In this document: positions 53,401 through 64,000 of the stretch, one piece after another
Layout: each line of letters opens with the position of its first letter
Numbering within the stretch: position 1 is the stretch's first letter
Assembly: GCA_951406725.2 (NCBI GenBank)
Contig: OX597817.1
Span: 142,972,001-143,036,000, forward strand
Reading direction: 5' to 3'
DNA from: Octopus vulgaris
Lineage: Eukaryota
DNA: 64,000 nt
Program-made: the position numbers and the translations under genes
The notes under the pieces: model-generated
What the model saw: the letters and a program-made list of their open reading frames with translations, nothing else
Told to the model about the DNA's origin: nothing
Databases searched by the model: none

Positions 53401-53434
<34 letters not shown>

Positions 53435-53830
53435 TTTCTTCATCATCATCGTGTCTTTCTTCTGATTCTTCTTCTCATTCTACTACTTCTTCTTCTTTTC
53501 TTCTTCTACTTTTCTTCTTCTTCTTCTCATTCTTCTTCTTCATCATCATTATCATTTTATTTATCTTTATCTTCTTCTTCATCATCGTCATCTTCCCTTC
53601 TTCTTCTTTATCATCATTGTCATCATTTCTTTTTCTTCTTCAGCATCATCGTCTCTTTCTACTCAATCTTCTTCTTCTTCGTCTTCTTCTTCTTCTTCTT
53701 CGCCTTCGTCTTCTTCTTCTTCTTCTTCTCATTTTTCTTCTTCATCATCATCATCATCCTCTTCTCCTCCTTCTCCCTCTTCTTCTCTTTCACCTCTTCC
53801 TTTTTTACAAATACACTAGTAATAGTAGTC

Positions 53831-53878
<48 letters not shown>

Positions 53879-53978
53879 TTTCTTCGTCTATTTTCTTTCT
53901 TCATTTATCCTCATCCTCTATCTTCTTTTCTTCGTACTCCTCCTTCTCTTCCCTCTGCAGCTAAAACTACGACTAAAG

Positions 53979-54012
<34 letters not shown>

Positions 54013-54223
54013 CACTACTACAATCACTACCACGATTACTACTCGTATCTCTACAATCTCACCACCCCACCACCACTACCCTAACTACTACTACTCTTTC
54101 TCCATCACCATCATCACTATTACCCATCTTCTCAATCTTCTTTTCTTCACCTTCCTCTTCCACTCCTCCACTTCTTTCTTTTCTTTCATTTATTTTCTCG
54201 TTTTATTATCTTTTCAATAAGTA

Positions 54224-54273
<50 letters not shown>

Positions 54274-54338
54274 CGATGATGATGATGATGATGATAATAA
54301 TAATAATAATAATGATGATGATGATGATGATGATGATG

Positions 54339-54375
<37 letters not shown>
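53320..54375. repeat. Compound trinucleotide microsatellites (TTC, TAG/CTA, AAT, GAT)
   Basis: Seen directly. Confidence 0.95.
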
Positions 54376-54376
<1 letters not shown>

Positions 54377-54851
54377 CAATATAAGGACTTTCTTTATAAT
54401 TAATTCGTAATATTTCTTAAATTTTTAGTTTCGGACGGCGATGATTACTAAAAATATACGAATTTGATTTGTAATTCTTAAAAGAACGAAACAAAAAATA
54501 TCCAAAGAATTTTCTAAAATTCTACAGGCCATATAAAAGATTTACACAAAAAAACCTTTCTAAAAACATAACTCATTAAATTCCTCGGTAATAGGAAAGA
54601 ATTGTCCCAGAGTGTATAAGGGAGGGAGGGTGGGGAGGAGAAATTAACGAAATAAATGTAATGGCGGCTTTCGTCTTTGTTGATGTTACTGTGTTGAAAT
54701 TACATGCCAAATGAATTATTATTTGTAGTAAAATTTGTTAAATTGTTAAATTTGGCATCATTTTCATGTTTGTCTGCTGATTGTATTCTTTGATGATTCC
54801 AGGATGATTTTCGCGTAGGCTGTTGTTGTTGTTGTTGTTGTTATTGTCTTT

Positions 54852-54886
<35 letters not shown>

Positions 54887-55826
54887 ATTGTTGTTGTTGT
54901 TGTTGTTGTTGTTATTGATGTTGTTGTTTTTTTAATTTTTGTTTGTGAAAGAAAATGATTATTAAAAACTGGTATTCTTCTGCAATAGTTTCAAAATTGT
55001 GAAAATTAATCAGAAACGGTTTATTAATTCAATTTAGAAATTATTAAAAACGAAAACTATAACAAACAAACAAAAAGAAATCAAAGAGAAATTAAAAAAA
55101 AAAATAAAAACAAGAATACGGACATAAACAGAGATGGATGAGGGAGAGAGAAAAGAGGGAAAAGGAAATGGAATAGACAGAAAGGAAAGAGGGGAAAGAG
55201 TATGGTAGCGAGAGAGAATGGTAAAGAGAGAGAGAACGATAGAGAGAGAATGGTAAAGAGAGAGAGAACGATAGAGAGAGGGAGTGGCTGAGAGAGACGG
55301 GAAGAGAGAATAATAGAAATGAATTGGGGAAAATGGAAGAAAATTCCTGGCCGTCAAACGTGCGTGAAATATATATTCTATATTATTTTATTTTTCTTTG
55401 AGTTTCTTTGACTGGGAACTGAGAACATTTAAGGTAAAATGTGATAAAAGCAATGTTAATGCTAAACGATCTTTGCTGAAAAATATTCAACTCTAATTTC
55501 AAACGTGATTCTTTGAGAAAGATTAGAATTTATATCTAGGGTTAAACTTCGAAATCATTTCTAATCTTTTAGCAAACATATTGCCTTCGTTCATTTTGAA
55601 ACGAAGTTTTAATCAACGGTGGGATGAACGAGATGAGTGAGATAGGCAACAAAAACAGCAAAAACCAAAAAAAAAAAAATGGGAAGAACGAAGGAAGAAA
55701 GGAAGGAACGAGGGCAAAATAGAGAAAAGAAGCTTACTTGAAACTATCAATCACAGTTTGCTTAAATAGCAGTTGTTTATTTTATTTTACATTTTCGTTT
55801 TTGTTGGGCATTTTTCGAATTTTCTC

Positions 55827-55858
<32 letters not shown>

Positions 55859-55892
55859 CATTACTACTACTACTACTACTACTACTACTATT

Positions 55893-55965
<73 letters not shown>

Positions 55966-56040
55966 TTATTATCATCATCATCATTATTATTATTATTATT
56001 ATTACTACTACTAATACTATCATTATTATTATTATTATTA

Positions 56041-56101
<61 letters not shown>

Positions 56102-56635
56102 TGGTGTCGTTGTTCCTGCTGGTTTTGTTGTTGTTTATTATTTGCGATCATACAAGAATGTTTATAGCGTTCGCTTCCATTTGATAATCTATGATAGATG
56201 TGACCAGAAAGCTAAAACATTTCGCAGAAACATATTTACTTGGGCCGTTTGATCTTTGGTAAATATTTATCAAACGTAAGAAAACAAGACAACCAATGGA
56301 GAAGATTCTTGTTGCTGTTGTTGTTGTTGCCGTTGTCGTTAATTTACGATTCTTCGTCGTCCAACATTAATCACCCAGAGTGGAAGAGAATCATAAGCAG
56401 GCGAACATACCTTTATTATTTTCTTTTTTAATCTTTTACTTGTTTCAGTTAGTCGACTGGTGCCATGCTGGGGCACAATCTTGAAGGATTTAATCGAACA
56501 AATCGACGACCCAGTATTTATGCTTTTTAGGTCGCGTACTTATTTCTATTAATCTTTTATTTCCGAACCACTGTTTTCGAGGACGTAAGCAAACCAACAA
56601 GGAGAGGAGGAATAAACACAAACAGACGCAATATA

Positions 56636-56693
<58 letters not shown>

Positions 56694-56842
56694 CCGAAAT
56701 TGCGAAGATGATCCGGTTCTTGACTGAAGATTGAAGGCTTCGAATGTCCCGTCGAATGTTTTTTGTGTCGTCTTCTAAATGTTTCACGTTCTTGTCCCAG
56801 TTTGTATTTTTTACTTTTACATATATATATATATATATATAT

Positions 56843-57162
56843 AAAGACTCCGCCGGTTACGACGACGAGGGTCCCAGCTGATACGATCAACGGAACAGCT
56901 TGCTCGTGAAATTAACGTGCAAATGGCTGAGCATTCCACAGACACGTGTACCCTTAACGTAGTTCTCGGGGATAATCAGCGTGACAAAGAGAGTGACAAG
57001 GCTGACCCTTTGAAATACAAGTACAACTCATTTTTGCCAGCTGAGTAGACTGGAGCAACGTGAAATAAAGTGTCTTGCTCAAGGACACAACGCGTTGCCG
57101 GGAATCGAACTCACAACCTTACGATCATGTGTCGAATGCCCTAACCACTAAGCCACGCGCCC

Positions 57163-57163
<1 letters not shown>
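56843..57163 (-). mobile_element. tRNA-derived SINE family C, full length
   Basis: Head AGGGCGCGTGGCTTAGTGGTTAGG..GAGTTCGATTCCC, then gtccttgagcaagacac; its 3' end also appears at 25993-26060. Confidence 0.87.
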
Positions 57164-57209
<46 letters not shown>

Positions 57210-57211
57210 TC

Positions 57212-57347
<136 letters not shown>

Positions 57348-57401
57348 ATACATAGGTTGAAAAAAGATTGGATTTCTATACAAATATAATCTTTATATAT
57401 A

Positions 57402-57851
57402 AAAGATGGGGGTGGAAATAGCACAGAAGTAGATCTAAGATATTTCAAAGAATTTAATAAAATGATTTTAAAATTATATTTTTTAAAATATATAAAATAT
57501 TACCGGTCTCGATGATAAATCTAATCTTATCAAATATTAGTAAATTTTTTTTTTTTTTTAGTAAAAACTGTTTATTTTCTGTTCGGGAGTCAAAACCATG
57601 CCTGGAGTTTTTTCGTTGAAGTCTTCTTCATATTTAAAGAAGACTTCAATGTATGTCTTTGACCCCCAAACAGAAAATAAACTGTTTTACTTAGAGTTTT
57701 TAAAAACTTTTACTAATATTTGATAAGATTAGCTTCATCATCGAAACCGATAATATTTTATATGTTCTTTATATAATTTTAAAATCATTTTATTAAATTC
57801 TTTCTAAATTGAAATGTCTTAAATTTCATTCTGCGCTATTTCCACCTCAAT

Positions 57852-57854
<3 letters not shown>
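57402..57854. repeat. Imperfect palindrome of about 450 bp between (TA)n tracts
   Basis: Arms 57402-57600 and 57650-57854 are reverse complements; central hairpin TTGAAGTCTTCTT..AAGAAGACTTCAA. Confidence 0.88.
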
Positions 57855-57943
<89 letters not shown>

Positions 57944-57944
57944 T

Positions 57945-58152
57945 AGTTAATCCAAACATGAACAAAGAGAAAACGCACCAACGCGAGGACGTGGAAAAGG
58001 TATAGTGTTATTGGACGCTCAGAAAAGGAAAGAAAGAAGGAGGATTTAACGCTTCGAGCAGAACTCTTCGTCAGAAACATAGAAAAAGGAAAGGTCCAAG
58101 GAAGGGAAGACGGAGAATGAAAATTGCCAACGATACACACGTGATCACACAT
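57945..58152 (-). mobile_element. Short hammerhead-containing element in (TA)n
   Basis: GUUU-CUGACGA-A-GAGU(ucu)GCUC-GAAGCGUU-AAAU at about 58044-58078. Confidence 0.72.
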
Positions 58153-58689
58153 CATATATATATATATAATATCGAGCTTCCATGAAGTTTTAGTCAACCA
58201 GATACATTTGCAAGTGTATTCTCTTATAGCCCTGAGGCTATAAGAGAATACACTTGCTCAAGGTGCCATTCAGTAAGACCGAACCCGAAATCACAAGGTT
58301 ACAAAGCGAGCATGTTAACCACACAATCATAGTGGCTCTTATCATGATACATAATCACTTACATATAATATTCTTGTATAAATTAACCGACGCGCTTCTA
58401 GTGTTCGTTAGTGGCGTTATAACGGACAGCAGAATCCATCTATATACTTGAACCCGCACTGCATATATAAACGAATAAAAAATTATTAAATATAGAAAAT
58501 ATTTGCAAATTATTGTCTCCAATTTTGCAGTGAACAAAAATAACAGAGATCAACTACAATACAGCTTCAGTCGTTATTACGGGTTGAATATAACAAACGT
58601 TTTGGTTTCCTTTTGACTGTCTACCGTGTAATTATCTACGAGATTTCTCCAGAAGAAAACCGACGTTATAAGATTAAAGTTATGATGTT

Positions 58690-59398
58690 ACATATTCTAA
58701 TAGGAACAGGCAGGCTGAGTGGTTAAGAATGCTTGGTTTAGTGAAGACAGATACTTGTATGGAGAAAGAGTACAAAGAAGAAAAGAATAAGAAATACGAA
58801 AGAAAATAGATTGGGAAAAATATGTATGGTCAGTTTGCGAGAGAAGTGAACAAGAATACAGACGCCGATGGAGGGCGACACCAGCTAAGGAAGGATGACT
58901 TGAAACCAGAATGAGAAGCGCTTATCTGCGGCTGCGCAGGAGTAATTTAGAACGACGAGGTAAATATATTTTTAGATGTAATTGTCCAATGTGATAATGA
59001 AACTGAACATTGAAAGTTGTCTCTAGTGTTTGTGAATAAAGAGGGCAAAAAAACTGTTGAATCATAGATGTTGCATGCCCTGGTGGTGATGAAGCATCGG
59101 AAGGAGAAGAGAAGCAGGTCTGAAGTGGTGATTTGAAGATGGAGATGAAAAAATTATGGCCTTTGGAGAAGGTGAATGTTGTACATGTTTTCGTTGGAGC
59201 CTTTCGAACTACAAGAAAGAAACACACACTTTGGATAGAAAAGATAGAGGGAAATGTAAACATAGCATCTACAGCGATCAGTGTTGCTTAGAACTGCACA
59301 AATCCTCCACAGAGTTCTTAAAATAAGAATAACACTAACTTAGTCTGCTGGTGGTAAATATTTCGAAAGGACCCATTAGTATCTCGGTCTGAAATAAT
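58690..59398 (+). mobile_element. Highly degenerate R4/Dong-like remnant
   Basis: Fragmentary motifs MYGQFAR, DLKPE.EALI.AAQE, IIDVACP, VVHVFVGA in shifting frames. Confidence 0.6.
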
Positions 59399-60612
59399 TT
59401 TTCCGACAGATTTTTTCGAATGCATTCAACGTATCTGACCTCCAGACCCGCTGCAAGCTACTTTTTTCGGAAAAGAAAGGAGGGAGGGTTAGTAGGGACC
59501 TTGGAGTTTGCCGGGAAACTCCGACTTTCCTACCAACGGAGTTTTGTTTCGGGGGGGGGGATATCCAGGTTATTTCGCATGCTTTCAACGAATGTGACAT
59601 TAAAATCACGCGTAAACGGCTCCTTTCCGTTATGGTCAATGATAAAGTAAGAGAAAATATGGTAGGGTGTAATATGACGAATAATCTAACAAACTAATAA
59701 ATGAAGCAGTAATCAATAGCCAATGATTTGTAATCAATAGACAATAATCAAAACCAAAATCAATAAGAGACAAAGAGACCTGGCGTAGATAGGACATGTC
59801 ATTGATGAGGTCACGAATGACAACGAAAGAACTTAGACAAACTTAGCTGATTGATTTATTGATCGAACGATGAATCAAACAATCGATTAGTTAATTGTTA
59901 AAATGTTGCACCAATTGATCAGTTCATTAATAATAATAAAAGAAGAGAAATAGAAACCAATGCGGGTGTTTATTATTGTTACTATATACGACAACCAACA
60001 AAATCTGATTCAACAGACGAATTCACATCAACAAGCTTACAAACCAAACGTGAATACCTAATGTTCAAAATGTTATCTACCGAAACAATTAAAACTCGAT
60101 ATAACTTATTTCGTATTGTTTTTTTAACCACACCATAATTCTGTTCCTCCACAACTCCATAGCTGATATGGTTGTCTCCCATTTCTTATTCCTAACTTGG
60201 TTTGCCTTTCTTTTTCTTTTTTTAGCTACCTACCCCTTCTTACGTTTAGCCAAGTATTTCTCCCTCTGTTTCCTTATTATCCGCTCCGACATTCATCTCT
60301 GTCATCTCTTTCTCTTACTGCATTGCTCCTTCAGACTTCTCTCCCGCCTTCTTGTTCCTATGTATTACTTATGTGGCTTCCTGCTTCTTTCTCTTCTTTC
60401 TCTTCCTTCCTATCTTCTCGCTCCCCCTCCTCTTTCCCTGTCCTAAGCAATTATACGGAGACCAAATTATATAGCACTTCAGTAATACAGAATTTAGTAA
60501 ATACACGCTTGCTGAAAGACTGTGGCCATGTTGTAACAATACGAATGTCAATATACATACATATATATCTGTGAGAGAGAGGATGGGGGAGTGTGTTTGT
60601 GGGTGTAGTTTA

Positions 60613-60660
<48 letters not shown>

Positions 60661-60694
60661 ATATATATATATATTGTACTATGTATTATATATA

Positions 60695-60761
<67 letters not shown>

Positions 60762-60795
60762 ATATATATATATATATTGTACTATGTATTATATA

Positions 60796-60845
<50 letters not shown>

Positions 60846-61348
60846 CATATATATCTACCTATGCCATTATATATTCATATATATTTATTTTTTTTAAATA
60901 GTATGCACGTATGTATGCACGTATGCATGGATATATACATGTTTGTTTGTGTGTGTGTATGTATGTATGTATTATATATCTTTGAAATATCAAAATACCA
61001 TTTCTATGTGCGCATCGGTCTGTAATTAAACAAACTTTACATTACATTACAATATGTTGACAGAAACCAGTTGATTTACTCTGGAAGTTTGTTGTATATA
61101 AATATTTCAATGCAAATACTTCATTTCCGATGATTAATAGCAGACTTGTTCAAACATTTAGCGTCACCTAACTCCAATTTCTGTTCGGAAATGTTTACAG
61201 ATACGTTGGTTAGTTAGTATAATGCTCTCAGAATCTCAATATCCAGCTTCATCAAATTATGGATAGCTAACTGGTTAAGTTCTTAGATTTATAGACCGAT
61301 ACTCACACACAAATCACTCTCCCTCTCTACTCTATCTATCTATTCGTC

Positions 61349-61436
<88 letters not shown>

Positions 61437-61459
61437 TATTTATATACATATATATATAT

Positions 61460-61840
61460 AGTTGAAATTTATAGAAAAACAAAAGACGGAGACAGGTGTA
61501 TGAACAACAAGTAGGTGTATTAGTTTGACGTTCGGGAAAATGAAAACGTCTTTTATGTTTCGAGCCTACGCTCTTCAACAGAAAGGAATAAGAGGAAATA
61601 AACAGAGAATGAAAAAAACACTTGTAAATTTTAGTTGTCAATTATGGCGAATGATTAGAAAGCAATTTGAAAGAAGAGGTTGAAAGAAAGGGAGACAGTA
61701 AAGTCCTTGTGATCCCAAAGGAAGGTGCGTGTGTGTGTATGTGAGAATGGTTTGCGTGAATGTGTAAGTGTCTGTGTGTGTGCTGTGCGTAGCAAGGTGT
61801 GCTTTTTGACGTGGCATGTGTACATATATACATATGTTTA
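61460..61840 (-). mobile_element. Hammerhead-containing element with a longer Penelope-like flank
   Basis: CUUU-CUGUUGA-A-GAGC(guag)GCUC-GAAACAUA-AAAG at about 61550-61585. Confidence 0.62.
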
Positions 61841-61893
61841 TAGAGCAAAAACAGTTGATTCGATAATTATATATAAGCGTGCGTGTGTGTCTG

Positions 61894-61925
<32 letters not shown>

Positions 61926-62565
61926 CGTGCGTGTGTGTTCGTGTCTGTGTGTGTGTGTATGTGTGTGCGTGTGCTTGCGTATTTCTGTAAATAAGAGATA
62001 CAGGAGAGGTCATTCAATAATACACATGTTTCAAAACACACGTCAGATATATGTTACGTAACATTTCGAATATCCGTAACTTCTCGGTGTTTATTTGCAT
62101 TGTTTTGTTTTGTCTCTTTTTCCTGCTATCCCGGTTTTGCATTCTTCTCTCTGGCAGAATATCTTCAGGTAAAAAAAAAGTAGTACGTACCTCAGGCGAA
62201 AACACATAAGGCAGTTTTGGACATTCGAAATATTACGTACATACATACAATCTGGTTTTTGAAGTAATTGTAGTGCTCATCCCCCTCTTCAATCTCTTTT
62301 ATTTACAGATATGATTAACGCATTATAACCAAAGTTTGGTGATTTCGAAATGGAGTTGTATAGCACTCGTCATCTTGCAGGAATGTTCTGTCTAATCTCG
62401 ATGTGGAACGAACTGTATTTGATGCATTGATTAATAAATTCTATTGATCAAATATCGAATCAGCTGTATTTTCTCTATAAACCGCGTTTATACTAGAGAG
62501 TAACAAACTGCATATTAACACCATCACTCGATTGATGTTGATACATCGTATGTGTGCGTGCGCGC

Positions 62566-62658
62566 GCGCGTGTGTGTGTCTCTGTGTCTGTGTGTACGCG
62601 CACCCACATATGCATATATGTATGTATATATGTATGGATGGAGATATATATATATATA

Positions 62659-62706
<48 letters not shown>

Positions 62707-63505
62707 CAACAATTGAGGGTAAAATTAATTAATTAATCAATTTCACCAAGTATTCAGTATACAAAGGGACCATTTAAGGCGAATTCAAATTATTACATTA
62801 TATAAAAGGGCTTAGTAAAATAAATTACTTTGCCGCATACTGAACTCATTAGAAATAGCAGCTAAAAAAACTTTTTTAAAAACTATTTCCAATACTTAAA
62901 GAAAACCTCTCTCATATAGTGTTTGCTCAATTCACCTCACAAAAGTATGGGGGTAGAGACATTAAAAAATCAAATGCAAAGGTTATTTGAGAACGTACGT
63001 TTCAAGATTAGTCAAAATCGACACTTCTATCATCAGCTCAGAACTCCCTGGTTTGGATTTGAAAACACTGAAAGTAGGAGCATACCCTTTCGGCTTGTTA
63101 TCACTTCTGAAGATCTGCTCAAAACTAACAGTGCTAGCAAATTCAAATATGCAAGCGAAGAATTTCTGCTCTCCCCTTTCCACCAGCGTGGGTTAAAATC
63201 AGCAAACACTATGCTTTTTTCGGTAAAATCCGAGGCATTATATAGAGAGAGATGAATTATAATTTCAACAATTGAGGGTAAAATTAATTAATTAATCAAT
63301 TTCACTTTTGCTTTAAGTATTGGAAATAGTTTTTAAAAAAGTTTTTTTAGCTGCTATTTCTAATGAGTTCAGTATGCGGCAAAGTAATTTATTTTACTAA
63401 GCCCTTTTATATAATGTAATAATTTGAATTCGCCTTAAATGGTCCCTTTGTATACTGAATACTTGGTGAAATTGATTAATTAATTAATTTTACCCTCAAT
63501 TGTTG

Positions 63506-63549
<44 letters not shown>

Positions 63550-64000
63550 TATATATATATATCTCCATCCATACATATATACATACATATATGCATATGT
63601 GGGTGCGCGTACACACAGACACAGAGACACACACACGCGCATACTGAACTCATTAGAAATAGCAGCTAAAAAACTTTTTAGCAGCTAAAAAAACTTTTTT
63701 AAAAACTATTTCCAATACTTAAAGCAAAAGTGAAATTGATTAATTAATTAATTTTACCCTCAATTGTTGAAATTATAATTCATCTCTCTCTATATAATGC
63801 CTCGGATTTTACCGAAAAAAGCATAGTGTTTGCTGATTTTAACCCACGCTGGTGGAAAGGGGAGAGCAGAAATTCTTCGCTTGCATATTTGAATTTGCTA
63901 GCACTGTTAGTTTTGAGCAGATCTTCAGAAGTGATAACAAGCCGAAAGGGTATGCTCCTACTTTCAGTGTTTTCAAATCCAAACCAGGGAGTTCTGAGCT
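62566..64000. repeat. Nested near-perfect inverted duplications around a Penelope-like 5' remnant
   Basis: 62566-62901 is the reverse complement of 63311-63640; 63035-63378 is the reverse complement of 63638-64000; 62700-62746 is repeated directly at 63259. Confidence 0.92.

Noticed and set aside
56720-56760. Hammerhead-like CUGAAGA..UUCGAAUGUC in a (TA)n insert
   Set aside because: Stem II too short and GAAA incomplete; may be a decayed relative but cannot be supported.

Overview
AT-rich, microsatellite-dense eukaryotic DNA with no recognisable host gene; almost all ORFs in the track are translations of simple repeats. The SINE families and repeat content resemble an octopus (coleoid cephalopod) genome; this is an inference from repeat recognition, not a search. 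The window holds a near-intact CR1-group LINE (ORF1 with a CCCH finger, APE, RT), a full-length Tc1 with IR/DR ends, and mariner/maT, RTE, R4/Dong and Penelope-like remnants. It also holds several non-autonomous Helitrons, a Helentron-like element, three tRNA-derived SINE families and a short 28S rRNA fragment. The most interesting signal is a set of minimal type-I hammerhead ribozyme motifs. One lies in an element with a tRNA-like head, an (AAT)n spacer and a hammerhead tail (8581-8830). Others lie in about 200-bp elements embedded in (TA)n tracts, with an intact core at 11256-11291. All alignments were made by eye, so coordinates may be off by a few bases.
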